Source: an uncultured Actinomycetes bacterium (GTDB lineage: Bacteria > Actinomycetota > Thermoleophilia > RBG-16-64-13). From it: a stretch of 64,000 nt of DNA. The notes beneath the pieces are model-generated. The model worked only from the letters and a program-made list of their open reading frames with translations. It searched no databases and had not been told where the DNA came from. This document shows positions 21,493 to 31,140 of this stretch, piece after piece (within the stretch, counting starts at the first letter, position 1; each line of letters starts with the position of its first letter). The translations under genes were made by a program, and so were the position numbers. The stretch lies in assembly GCA_963816155.1 (NCBI GenBank), contig CAWFJE010000010.1:18221-82220 (forward strand), written 5' to 3'.

Positions 21493-22098
21493 CTAGGCTA
21501 CCTCATCGCCCACGCGAAAGCGCGCAAAGCGGCGGATCTCGACATTCTCACCGATCTTCCCCACCAACTCGCGGCGCAGTTCATCGATGGTCTTGTCGGG
21601 GTCCTTGACGAAAGGCTGCTCCAACAGGACTGACTCCGAATACCATTTGTTCAGCTTACCCTCGGCGATCTTCTTGATGACAGCCTCGGGTTTGCCCGAT
21701 GTTTTGGCCTGGGCCGAGTAGATCTCGATCTCCGTATCGACGGCCTCTTGGGGCACGTCCTCACGCGACACCCAAGCGGGGCTGGCCGCAGCGATATGCA
21801 TGGCTACATCGTGAGCGAAGGCCTTGAAGGCGTCTCCACGGGCCACGAAGTCGGTCTCACAGTTGATCTCCACCAGCACCCCCACCTTCGCGCCTGGGTG
21901 GATGTAGGGCTCGACAACGCCCTCATTGGCGGTGCGGGACGACTTCTTGTCCGCGCTGGCCATGCCCTTCTTGCGCAGAAGCTTGAGAGCCTCCTCCATG
22001 TCACCCTGCGCCTCGGTGAGCGCCATCTTGCAGTCCATCATGCCGGCGCCACAGGCGTCGCGCAGTTTCTTGACTGTCGCTGCATCGATACTCATCAT
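21493..22098 (-). CDS. tsf: Elongation factor Ts (short, about 200 aa form)
   Basis: An N-terminal UBA-like region [36 protein letters not shown]. Confidence 0.9.
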   Translation of the reverse strand: MMSIDAATVKKLRDACGAGMMDCKMALTEAQGDMEEALKLLRKKGMASADKKSSRTANEGVVEPYIHPGAKVGVLVEINCETDFVARGDAFKAFAHDVAMHIAAASPAWVSREDVPQEAVDTEIEIYSAQAKTSGKPEAVIKKIAEGKLNKWYSESVLLEQPFVKDPDKTIDELRRELVGKIGENVEIRRFARFRVGDEVA

Positions 22099-22191
22099 CA
22101 GCCTCCCTCAGAAGACGATCGATAGATATGAACCGGCCCCGAAGCCCACAGGGCTCCGACGACACGCACGCCGTCGCGCACAGCGTCAGGC

Positions 22192-23466
22192 TTATTCCTC
22201 GGACGCAGGTTCGCCCGCTTCCACCGTCTCGGGGACGGCCTCGGCCTCGGGCTGGGCGGCGGCCTCGGAACCGACCTCTGCGATCTTCTCGGGCGCAGCG
22301 GTCTCTGCCACCGACTCAGTGGCCTCCGCTGCTTCCGGAGCCGCGGTCACCGCCGCTGCGATCTCGACGGCCGGAGTCTCCACGATGCTGGTATCGACCA
22401 CGACCTCTTCGACCACGGGCGCGGGCGCGGTGGCATCACCCGCCGGTTGCCCAGGCACGGGAGCCTTCTTGACCCCGCCCGCCTGCTTGCTGGGAAGCGC
22501 CTTCCCATCTCCCGGCTGCGGAGCACCTTGAGAGCGCCGATCCGGGGCCTGGCGCGACCCGGCCGGCCTGCGATCCTGACCACCTCGGCCGGCGGCGCCA
22601 TCCCTGGGCCCGGGCCGACCTTGGCCACCGGGGCGACCTCCTCCGGAACGGTCCTGACCGCCTCGCGGCGCACGCGAGACACGCGAAGCGCCGGCTGTGG
22701 CCTCCCCGGCCGGCGGGGTCACGGTCCCACCCGCTGCGGCCGCCTCGCGAGCGGCTTCCGCTGCCTGGAACTCGGCGATCTGGACCTTCTGTCGGCCTTC
22801 CTCCACTGCGCGCGCCAGGGTCCTGACTATCAGGCCGCAGGAGCGGATAGCGTCATCATTGCCTGGGATAAGGTAGTCGACCTCGTCTGGGTCGCAGTTG
22901 GTGTCGACCAGACCGATGAGCGGCAATCCCAGCTTGTTCACCTCTTTGGTGGCGATGGCTTCACGCTTGGGGTCGGCCACGAAAACGACATCGGGAAGGC
23001 GGGTCATGCCGCTGACGCCGCCCAAGTTGATCTCGAGCTTCTCCAGTTCGCGCTCCATCGCCATGCGCTCTTTCGTGGGCAAGAGGGCAAGCTGGCCCTC
23101 TTCCTTGAGTTTGCGCAGTTCGTGCATGCGCTTGATCCGGTTCTCGATGGTGGCAAAGTTCGTGAGAAGCCCGCCCAACCAGCGATGGCTCACATACGGC
23201 ATCCCCACGCGAGAAGCCTCGTCGCGGATGACGTCTTGGCACTGCTTCTTCGTACCTACGAACAGGATGCTGCCGCCCCGCCCCGCCACGTTGCGCACCA
23301 AATCGTAGGCCCGATCAAGCATGACCGTGGTCTGCTGGAGGTCGATGATGTGGATGCCGCCGCGCTCGGCGAAGATGTAGGGCTTCATCTTCGGGTTCCA
23401 GCGCCGGGTCTGATGGCCGAAATGGACTCCTGATTCCAGGAGTTGCTTCATTGATGCCGCAGGCAT
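22192..23466 (-). CDS. rpsB: 30S ribosomal protein S2 with a C-terminal low-complexity (Ala/Pro/Gly/Glu-rich) extension of about 190 aa
   Basis: MPAASMKQLLESGVHFGHQTRRWNPKM S2 N-terminus. Start taken at the internal Met (23466). Confidence 0.9.
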   Translation of the reverse strand: MPAASMKQLLESGVHFGHQTRRWNPKMKPYIFAERGGIHIIDLQQTTVMLDRAYDLVRNVAGRGGSILFVGTKKQCQDVIRDEASRVGMPYVSHRWLGGLLTNFATIENRIKRMHELRKLKEEGQLALLPTKERMAMERELEKLEINLGGVSGMTRLPDVVFVADPKREAIATKEVNKLGLPLIGLVDTNCDPDEVDYLIPGNDDAIRSCGLIVRTLARAVEEGRQKVQIAEFQAAEAAREAAAAGGTVTPPAGEATAGASRVSRAPRGGQDRSGGGRPGGQGRPGPRDGAAGRGGQDRRPAGSRQAPDRRSQGAPQPGDGKALPSKQAGGVKKAPVPGQPAGDATAPAPVVEEVVVDTSIVETPAVEIAAAVTAAPEAAEATESVAETAAPEKIAEVGSEAAAQPEAEAVPETVEAGEPASEE

Positions 23467-23574
23467 GACTACCTCACTCTGGTTTTCTTTGGCAGCTCCC
23501 TGCGGGTCGCCCCGGAACCGGTCTCCCGGCACCACCGGAACGGTGGACCTCAGGTTCGATGGTATAGCGGGAGC

Positions 23575-23585
23575 AGTTTACCACA
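23575..23585 (-). promoter_or_regulatory. Candidate extended -10 element TGTGGTAAACT upstream of rpsB (about 110 nt leader)
   Basis: Motif shared with the rpsO upstream region; TGn-TAAACT fits the TAnnnT type -10. Confidence 0.35.
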
Positions 23586-23651
23586 GGACATGCACCCGCC
23601 CGAACCGCCAAAGGCGAGCACTCGGCCACCTACGACCGCCGATGTAGCCTG

Positions 23652-24449
23652 TCAGGATGCGAGGATATCGAGGTCGATGTGCTCCTTGATGCGGCCCCGC
23701 AAACGCAGGATAGCCTTGGTGTGCAACTGCGAGACCCTGGATTCGGTGACGCCGAGCACCTCTCCGATCTCCTTCAGAGTGAAGCCCTCGTAGTAGTACA
23801 GACCGATCACCAGACGCTCCCGTTCAGGTAGGCGCTGCACTGCCGCGGCCAGCGTCTCCTTCAGGGCTTGCATGCGGTACGCACGCGAAGGGTCTGGGGC
23901 ATCGACGTCTTCGATGGTATCGATCAGATTGACGCGGTCCTGGTTTGACCCACTGACATTCCAGAATTCGTCCAAGGCGACTATGCCCGAAGAGCTGATC
24001 TGGTTCACGATGTCGAGGAAGGCATCGACCGTGATCTCCAAGTGAGCAGCGGTCTCCTCATCCGTAGGGGTCCGCATGAGTTCGTTCTCCAGGCGTGTGA
24101 TGGCCGCCTCGACCTTCCGGGCCCAGCTCCGTACCGACCGTGGCACCCAGTCGAGAGCACGCAGCTCATCAATGATCGAGCCTCGGATGCGCGATACCGC
24201 GTATGTCTCGAACTTGATGTTCCGGGAGAGATCGAAGCGCTCGATAGCTCCGATGAGGCCCAGCAAGCCGTAGGAGATCAGGTCTCCGTCCTCCACGTGG
24301 GCAGGTAGACTACTGCCCATGCGCCCGGCCACGTACTTGACCAGTGGAGAATAGGCCAGGATGAGTTGGTCACGCGCCGCGGCGTCCTTCTCTTCCTTGT
24401 AGCGGCGCCACACCTCGGTGAGATCGCTCGGCTTGGAAGAAGCACTCAT
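23652..24449 (-). CDS. RNA polymerase sigma factor, FliA/WhiG (sigma-28) family
   Basis: A region 2 segment DLISYGLLGLIGAIERFD and a region 4.2 segment LKEIGEVLGVTESRVSQLHTKAILRLR. ATG at 24449 with GGGAAG 9 nt upstream. The upstream ORF extension is spurious. Confidence 0.8.
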   Translation of the reverse strand: MSASSKPSDLTEVWRRYKEEKDAAARDQLILAYSPLVKYVAGRMGSSLPAHVEDGDLISYGLLGLIGAIERFDLSRNIKFETYAVSRIRGSIIDELRALDWVPRSVRSWARKVEAAITRLENELMRTPTDEETAAHLEITVDAFLDIVNQISSSGIVALDEFWNVSGSNQDRVNLIDTIEDVDAPDPSRAYRMQALKETLAAAVQRLPERERLVIGLYYYEGFTLKEIGEVLGVTESRVSQLHTKAILRLRGRIKEHIDLDILAS

Positions 24450-24465
24450 GTCAAAGTCTTCCCAC

Positions 24466-25460
24466 TCACGCCCGCGGATGAGCCTTACGGTACGCTTTGC
24501 GCAAGTGCGCCGCCGAGACGTGGGTGTAGACCTGAGTGGTGCGCAGCGACGAGTGCCCCAAGAGTTCTTGGATGGCCCGCAGATCGGCGCCCCCCTCGAG
24601 CAGATGAGTAGCGAACGAATGACGGAGGGTGTGCGGTGAAGTCCCGATCGGCACTCCGGCCAGACGCAGATAACGGGAGAGCCTGCGCTGAACGTCTGAA
24701 GAAGACAGAGGTCGGCCTCGCCGGCTGACGAAGACGCGGTCTTCGTCCTCACTCCTCACGAGGTGAGGACGCCCTTCTTCGAGATAGCGGTCGAGAGCGA
24801 CCAGAGCTATCTCTCCCACGGGCACCACACGCACTTTGCGTCCCTTCCCTTTGACTCGTATCTCCCGTGACACCGCGCCGATGTCACGTAGGCGCAGGTC
24901 GAGCGCTTCTTGGCAGCGCAGTCCGGACGAGTATATCAACTCAAAAAGAGCCCTATCCCTCAGCTGCAGTGGCTCCCCGCCGCCCATGCCACCCAAAAGA
25001 ACGTCCATCTGCTCCGGACTGACCACCTGAGGGAGACGTTTGGGCAACTTGGGCGAAGCCACACCTGCAGCGGGACTGGCCTCCACGAAGCCATTCTCCT
25101 CGCAGAAGAGCAGGAAGCGCCGGATGACAGAGAGCTTGCGCGCGATGGTGCTGCGGGCAGCGGGCCGGGGGCGAGTGGGCCCGCGCCTGGCAGGCGCGGC
25201 CGGAGTGAGCAAGCCCTCCTCGGCCGCAGCGCGGCTTTCTTCGACATCCAGCCCACCCTCCGCGAGGGCCTCTACGAAGGCGCCTATGTGTTCGGGACGA
25301 ACGCCCGCAACGCTTCCAATGCCGCGCGATTCCAGGAAGGCGCTGAACTGGCGCAGATCGCCGGCCGAGGCCCGGATGGTGCGAGGGCTGTAGTCGGCCG
25401 CTACGAGGCTCCTCAGGTACGCGACCGCGGCTCCCTCGAGATCGGCAAGGGGAGATTCTG
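24466..25460 (-). CDS. xerC: Tyrosine recombinase XerC/XerD family (chromosome dimer resolution); start uncertain
   Basis: C-terminal catalytic HTLRHSFATHLLEGGADLRAIQELLGHSSLRTTQVYTHV (R-H-R-Y). Confidence 0.8.
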
Positions 25461-26640
25461 AGAGCTCTTGTGCGCCACCGTCCCGCATTTCCCTCCGCTC
25501 TCCCCCTCACGCGCGTCAGGCGCCCGGAGGAACTGACCCGGACCACCCCGCACCACGACACCTTGTAGCTGCAGCCGCGCCAGCCCGGCTGTGATGTCCC
25601 TTACGGGTCGACCCGTCTGCGCTACCAAGTCGTCCACGGTGCAGGCGCCGACCGCAAGAGCTGCCAGAAGTGCGCCTTCCCCAGCCTCGTGGGCTGCTGC
25701 CCAGGAAACACCCGCAGCTTTGGAGCCCGCCGACGGTCCGGGCGCGCGCTCCCCTCTTTCCATTCCGGTCGCGGACAGGAAATCCTCTACCAAGACCTGA
25801 GGATCGACCGCAGGCGGCGCTCCGTCGTAGAGCAGTGCGTTGCAACCTTCGTGGTTCTCGGCGAACACCGGTCCGGGCACGGCGAACACGCTCCGACCGA
25901 GCTCCAGGGCCCAACCGGCGGTCTGCAAAGCACCGCTGACCTTGGAGCCTTCGACCACGAGCACAGCATCGGCCAGGGCCGCCAACAGACGGTTGCGATG
26001 AGGAAACGTCCAGCGTGCCGGAGGGCAGCCCGGGGGCAGCTCGCTGAGGACGAGGCCCTCGGCGCCAAGACGCTGGTACAGGTGTCTGTGTCTGCGTGGG
26101 TAGATGACATCGGCGCCGCAGCCGAGGATGGCGACGGACAGTCCCCCGCAGTCAAGAGCCGCGATGTGCGCCCGGGCATCGATGCCCAGCGCCATGCCGC
26201 TGATCACCGCGATACCGTTGCCTGCCAGAGCTGCAGTGAAGACCTCAGCTGCACGTGCCCCGTAGGCACTCGCCTTGCGCGTCCCCACCACAGCGACGCG
26301 CGGCGCATCGTTCAGGCACGCGAGGGCCTCTCGAGAGCCGCGCACGAACAGACCGGCGGGAGGGTATGTGAGATGCGTCAGTCCTGGCGGGAAGCAGGGG
26401 GAGCCGTAGGGGACGAACCACAGCCCCGTCTCTTCAAGCGCGCAGAGTGCCCCCTGTAAGGAGAAGTCCCGCTTCCTTTCTTCGAAGCGCCGGACCGCAG
26501 CCAGGCTCAAGCCCCAACGCAGGAGGGTGCCTCTGGATGCACGCCAGACGCCCTCGGGACCGCTTGCCCCAAGAAACCTGAGCAGAGGGGAGCATCCCCA
26601 GGAGCTCTGCCAGGCCAAGCCCAGAGCCCCCTCAGAAGCC
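25413..26640 (-). CDS. dprA: DNA-processing protein DprA (Smf); start uncertain
   Basis: VAVVGTRKASAYGARAA...GIAVISGMALGIDARAH Rossmann-like DprA core. The N-terminal 130 aa of the ORF overlaps comM and is spurious. Confidence 0.8.
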
Positions 26641-26659
26641 TCGGCAGACGACCCCTCCG

Positions 26660-28270
26660 TCACCCCAGACCCACCCGTCGATAATCCAGACGGAGGGCGA
26701 TGGCCTCCGCGACGTGATCGATGCCGACGACTTCCAGTTGGTCCAGGTCTGCGATGGTCCTTGCCAGACTCACAATGCGCGTGTAGGCCCGGCCACTCAG
26801 GCCTTCCCCGACCAACGCCCGGCGCAAGAGGGAACGGGCCTCCCCGCTCAGCCGGCATCCGCCCTCGAGGTGAGCGGATGCGCCCTTCACGGTTTCCTCG
26901 GATCGTCCGACGTGCGCCGCGAGACCGGCTCCACTGTTCGCCGGAGACTCCATCTTGCGCGCCTTCTCCCGAGCTTGGCGGAATTGTCGGGCGGCAGCCA
27001 CGCGCTCCCGTACCACGGCCGATGTCTCGCCGCACCTACCGTTCTCAAGGGAGAAGAGAGTGAGCGGCGGGACCTCGATGAGCACGTCGACCCGATCGAG
27101 CAAAGGGCCGCTCAGGCGGGCCCGGTAGCGATCGATAGCCGACGCGGGACAGCGACAGACCTTTTCCCCGTGGCCAAGATACCCGCACGGACAGGGATTC
27201 ATAGCCCCGACGAGAGTGCAGGCAGCCGGGAAGACCGACGTGCCGGCCCGCCTGCTGATCGAGATGCGCCCGTCTGCAAGCGGCTCGCGTAGAGCCTCCA
27301 AAGCGTCTCTGGAGAACTCTGGCAGTTCGTCCAGCAGAAGGACGCCGTGGTGGGCCAGACTCACCTCTCCGGGCCGCAGGTGCATCCCGCCGCCAACGAG
27401 CGCGGCGCGGGAGGCGGTGTGGTGAGGAGCCCGAAAGGGCCGCGCGCTCGCCAGGTCGGCCTGGGCTCCGGGCAACCCGGCAGCGCTCCATATCCGCGTC
27501 ACTTCCACCGCCTCGGAGGTGCTCAAGGGGGGCAGGATCGTGGGTAGACGTCGGGCAAGCATCGTCTTCCCGGCCCCGGGGGATCCGACCATGAGGAGAT
27601 GATGTCCGCCGGCCGCGGCTATCTCCAACGCTCGTTTGGCTTGCTCGTGACCGATGACTTCGCCCAGGTCGACATCCTCCGGACCGGGTCCGTCGGCCCC
27701 CGTCCTCCTCATGCTCAACCAGCGCCGCCCTCGCTCAAGCGCTCGTAGGCGCGAGCCGCTGTTGGTTATGACCGCGACCGCTTCAGCCAGGGACCTGACC
27801 CCCAGCACGCCGCCGAAGCCCAGAGCGGAGGCCGCGGGAAGGCATTCGACAGGTGCTACCAGCCACTCCACCCCGATACCGGCCGCCCGCTCCAGCACCG
27901 AGAGCATGCCGCGCGTGGACCGCACGACCCCGTCCAGGGACATCTCCCCCACGGCCCCGACTCCTCGGACCGACTCGAGCGGCACTTGGCCGCACGCGGC
28001 CAGCGTGGCCAAAGCGATGGGAAGGTCGAAGCCGGGGCCGTCCTTGGGTACGTCGCCGGGACTGAGGTTGACCGTGATGCGGCGTGTGGGCAAGGGGACC
28101 CCGCTGGATGCGGCCCCAGACCTCACCCGTTCCCGGGCCTCACGGACCGCTGCACCGGGGAGCCCGACTATGGTTACTCCAGGTAGCCCCGACCGCGCAT
28201 GGGCCTCCACACGCACCGGCACGGCCTCGATACCCACGAGGGCAAAGCCCCACACAGCAGCGATACCCAC
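26660..28270 (-). CDS. comM: Mg-chelatase-like AAA+ ATPase, YifB/ComM family
   Basis: An N-terminal Lon-like domain (GLPGVTIVGLPGAAVREARERVRSG) and Walker A LLMVGSPGAGKTMLARRL. GTG start 2 nt after the yraN stop. Confidence 0.8.
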   Translation of the reverse strand: MGIAAVWGFALVGIEAVPVRVEAHARSGLPGVTIVGLPGAAVREARERVRSGAASSGVPLPTRRITVNLSPGDVPKDGPGFDLPIALATLAACGQVPLESVRGVGAVGEMSLDGVVRSTRGMLSVLERAAGIGVEWLVAPVECLPAASALGFGGVLGVRSLAEAVAVITNSGSRLRALERGRRWLSMRRTGADGPGPEDVDLGEVIGHEQAKRALEIAAAGGHHLLMVGSPGAGKTMLARRLPTILPPLSTSEAVEVTRIWSAAGLPGAQADLASARPFRAPHHTASRAALVGGGMHLRPGEVSLAHHGVLLLDELPEFSRDALEALREPLADGRISISRRAGTSVFPAACTLVGAMNPCPCGYLGHGEKVCRCPASAIDRYRARLSGPLLDRVDVLIEVPPLTLFSLENGRCGETSAVVRERVAAARQFRQAREKARKMESPANSGAGLAAHVGRSEETVKGASAHLEGGCRLSGEARSLLRRALVGEGLSGRAYTRIVSLARTIADLDQLEVVGIDHVAEAIALRLDYRRVGLG

Positions 28271-28272
28271 GG

Positions 28273-28632
28273 CTAGGATCCACCTCCCAAGATGTCCTCG
28301 ATATGCTCCAGAGTCCGCGGAAGACCCTGCGCGTCGAGCATGACCACGACGGCGTCGAACCTGGTCTGACAGGGAAGCAGACCCCGTTCGGCGAGCCACC
28401 ACAAGGCCGCCGCCCGCATCCTGCGGGCTTTGCGCGGACCGATGGCCTCTATCGCCGAGCCGAATTCTTCGCTTGCCCGCGTCTTGACCTCCACGATGAC
28501 CATGAGGCCCGCTCGACGGCAGACCAGATCGACCTCGCCCGCGGGGGTGCGCTGGTTCATTCCCAGAAGGGTGTAGCCCTTGCCGGTCAAGTAGACGGCT
28601 GCCAGTTCTTCACCGGCCCGGCCCCGGGCCAC
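28273..28632 (-). CDS. YraN/UPF0102 family endonuclease-like protein
   Basis: 119 aa; GEELAAVYLTGKGYTLLGMNQRTPAGEVDLV...VIVEVKTR matches the YraN fold signature. Conserved neighbour of comM and dprA. Confidence 0.75.
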   Translation of the reverse strand: MARGRAGEELAAVYLTGKGYTLLGMNQRTPAGEVDLVCRRAGLMVIVEVKTRASEEFGSAIEAIGPRKARRMRAAALWWLAERGLLPCQTRFDAVVVMLDAQGLPRTLEHIEDILGGGS

Positions 28633-28757
28633 TCGGTCGATCGGTGCATATATGGACAGACCTGCCTCCCCTCGATCCGCGTGACGCGCTACCCTTCGCT
28701 ACACAGCAGATTAGGCGGGCATGGCTGCCCCGTACTACGACTTCGGTCTGGGATTGG

Positions 28758-28840
28758 CATGCGACTCACATGGGCGGCCACGAACATGCGACTCTCATGC
28801 ACGGGCGACGAATGATGAGGCGGCACGAACGATGACCACG
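28758..28840. repeat. Imperfect 27-28 bp tandem direct repeat (about 2.6 copies): CATGCGACTCACATGGGCGGCCACGAA / CATGCGACTCTCATGCACGGGCGACGAAT / partial GGCGGCACGAACGATGA
   Basis: Read directly; it lies immediately upstream of, and overlaps, the start of the MutY-like gene in the divergent yraN/glycosylase spacer. Confidence 0.5.
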
Positions 28841-29713
28841 GTACGCGCAGAAGGACCACACTCCCCACCGCATCCGGCCTTGGATCGCTTCCCGACAGAG
28901 GATCTCGAACTCTTCCGCCGCGTCGTGCTGGAGCACTACAGAGTCGCCGGACGCGACCTACCCTGGCGCCATACCCGCGACCCCTATCGCCTCCTGGTCT
29001 CGGAGATCATGCTGCAGCAGACCCAGGTGGCACGCGTGCTCACCAAGTATCCTGAGTTCCTCGCCCTCTTCCCGGACGTGTGGACACTCGCGAGCAGCCC
29101 CACCTCCGCGGTCCTCGCCGCCTGGCAGGGTCTGGGGTACAACCGCCGGGGACTGGCCCTCCAAAGGGCCGCCCGCCGAGTCGTAACCATCCACGACGGC
29201 ACGTTTCCCCTCTCCCAGCACGACCTGCGCTCTCTGCCCGGAGTCGGACCCGCCACAGCGGGAGCCATCGCTGCCTTCGCGTACGGACATGGTGTTCCCT
29301 ACGTCGAGACCAACATCCGAGCGGCCTTTCTGCACCACTTCTTTCCCGACGAGCACGATGTGACCGACCGAGATATCCTGCCCTTGGTGGAAGCCACACT
29401 CGACATGAACGATCCCCGCACCTGGTATTACGCACTCATGGACTACGGCTCCTGGCTGAAGCGGGTAGTGGCCAATCCTTCGCGCCGCAGCAGACATCAT
29501 CACCGACAGGCCCCCTATCAGGGGTCGCGGCGCCAGCTGCGCGCCCAGATCCTGCGCCTCTTCTTGGCGCGGCGCGAAGAGGCGCCCGTTGAGACCGCTG
29601 CGCAGGTGGCGATCCTCTTACCAGGGTGGGATGTGGGCGAGGTCGAGACGGTCATGTGCCGCCTGACAGAAGAGGGCTTTTTGAAGCTCGATGGCGGCTT
29701 CTCGCTGGTCTGA
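28832..29713 (+). CDS. HhH-GPD base-excision DNA glycosylase, MutY-like, lacking the 4Fe-4S cluster loop and the NUDIX domain
   Basis: LPWRHTRDPYRLLVSEIMLQQTQVARV...WQGLGYNRRGLALQRAA (MutY-type helix-hairpin-helix) and LPGVGPATAGAI. No Cys-x6-C-x2-C-x5-C after the catalytic domain. A short basic / winged-helix-like tail. Start taken at ATG 28832 (MTTVRAEG). Confidence 0.75.
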   Translation: MTTVRAEGPHSPPHPALDRFPTEDLELFRRVVLEHYRVAGRDLPWRHTRDPYRLLVSEIMLQQTQVARVLTKYPEFLALFPDVWTLASSPTSAVLAAWQGLGYNRRGLALQRAARRVVTIHDGTFPLSQHDLRSLPGVGPATAGAIAAFAYGHGVPYVETNIRAAFLHHFFPDEHDVTDRDILPLVEATLDMNDPRTWYYALMDYGSWLKRVVANPSRRSRHHHRQAPYQGSRRQLRAQILRLFLARREEAPVETAAQVAILLPGWDVGEVETVMCRLTEEGFLKLDGGFSLV

Positions 29714-29722
29714 GAACCTGCC

Positions 29723-29745
29723 GAAGACGCCTGAGGGGCGCCTTC
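29723..29745. terminator. Hairpin GAAGACGCC-tgagg-GGCGCCTTC between the convergent glycosylase and rnhB genes
   Basis: Read directly; no clear U-tract, so it may act as an intrinsic-like or processing stem. Confidence 0.3.
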
Positions 29746-29778
29746 TGATCACCCCCGCAGCACCGTCCCCGAGCGCGG

Positions 29779-30507
29779 CTAGATGAGCTCCAACTGTTGG
29801 GTCCCGACCCCGCGGAAGCTGAGTCGGTGAAGAGGGCAAGGTCCCTTCTCGAGCAGGGCTTCTCTGTGCCGGAGGGTGCCGTAGCCGACGTGCTCCTCGA
29901 AGCCATAGCAGGGATGCAAAGACGCCAAGTTCCTCATCAGCCGGTCGCGTACCACCTTCGCCACCACCGAAGCAGCGGCCACAGCCGCGCTCTTGAAGTC
30001 GGCGCCCACCATACCTCTTGCCCGAAGGTCCGTGCGCTTGAGATCGAAGCCATCGACGACAGCGAAACGATAGTCGTCATCCAGCAGTTCAAGCGCGTGA
30101 CCCAAGGCACGCAGATTGCAGCGATGGAGCCCGCGCTCGTCTATGGTGGCCGCCGAAACAGCTACCCACGACACCCGCGCTGCGCAGCGGACGATGCCCT
30201 CGTACATCGCCTCCCGCGCCTCCGTCGAGAGGAGTTTGGAATCCGTTAGCCCGCGCAGGCACCCAAAGGGGGCCCCGGCGTAGTCGAGGACTACCGCCGC
30301 GGCCACCAGCGGGCCGGCGAGACAGCCGCGACCGGCCTCATCGGCTCCGGCCAGACGGAGTCCTGTCCGCGCGTCGTCGGGACGCTCGTAGTCCTCCTGC
30401 GCGAGCAGGGTCTTGTCGAAACGGAAGGGATCGGAGGCCCGCTTGCGCCGGGGACGTGGAACAGGCCCTCCATCCTCCCCTCGCGCACCCTGAGAGTCAG
30501 CGGCCAT
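29779..30507 (-). CDS. rnhB: Ribonuclease HII
   Basis: LAGADEAGRGCLAGPLVAAAV catalytic DEAGRG motif. The ORF extends about 40 aa further upstream (to 30621); start uncertain. Confidence 0.85.
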   Translation of the reverse strand: MAADSQGARGEDGGPVPRPRRKRASDPFRFDKTLLAQEDYERPDDARTGLRLAGADEAGRGCLAGPLVAAAVVLDYAGAPFGCLRGLTDSKLLSTEAREAMYEGIVRCAARVSWVAVSAATIDERGLHRCNLRALGHALELLDDDYRFAVVDGFDLKRTDLRARGMVGADFKSAAVAAASVVAKVVRDRLMRNLASLHPCYGFEEHVGYGTLRHREALLEKGPCPLHRLSFRGVGTQQLELI

Positions 30508-30523
30508 CGACGCCCCGCCGCTG

Positions 30524-31135
30524 TCAGAGACCCGTGATGTGGCTGAGTGGCCAGTAGATGGCGAAGGCCGCACCCAGGATCGCTTCCTCGCTGACCGGCC
30601 CGAAGACCCGACTGTCGCCACTGTTATTGCGATTGTCTCCCATGGCCCAGACGTAGCCCTCAGGTACGCGCTCCTCTAGGTACTCCCCGATGATGGGATG
30701 CTCCTTGATGAAGTCCTCTTCCTGCGCCAGTCCGTTCACGTACAGCCGCCCATCATGCACGGCCACCGTATCACCCCCGGTCGCCACCACGCGCTTGATG
30801 AAGGGGTCGGATCCCTCAGTGTTGGGTGGTTGGAACACGATGACGTCGCCCGGTTCGGGCGAGCGGAAGCGGTAGGTCAGCCGATTCACGAGAACGCGAT
30901 CGCCCTCCACGAGGGTCGGCTCCATGGAGGGCGAGGGTATGGCGAACGGCTTGACCAGGAACTGCTGGACGACGAGGGCAAGGACGAAGGCCGCGGCCAC
31001 GATGACCACGATCTCGATCAACCAACGCAGTGACCGGCTCCGAGTAGCGCCACCTGTGCGACGTTCGTCTTCCGCCGGCCTGAGACCATGCTCCTCGACC
31101 AGCGGTGCGGAATCCGGTCCGGTCACCGGATCCAC
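30524..31135 (-). CDS. lepB: Signal peptidase I (copy 1)
   Basis: N-terminal TM, SPSMEPTL (Ser nucleophile box), GDNRNNSGDSRVFGPV box E. Confidence 0.85.
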   Translation of the reverse strand: MDPVTGPDSAPLVEEHGLRPAEDERRTGGATRSRSLRWLIEIVVIVAAAFVLALVVQQFLVKPFAIPSPSMEPTLVEGDRVLVNRLTYRFRSPEPGDVIVFQPPNTEGSDPFIKRVVATGGDTVAVHDGRLYVNGLAQEEDFIKEHPIIGEYLEERVPEGYVWAMGDNRNNSGDSRVFGPVSEEAILGAAFAIYWPLSHITGL

Positions 31136-31140
31136 AGTCG

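Noticed and set aside
24466-25460. Tyrosine recombinase considered as a phage or ICE integrase marking a mobile element
   Set aside because: It is full XerC/XerD-like and sits in the conserved dprA-xerC housekeeping position. There is no tRNA, no attachment repeats and no phage genes nearby.
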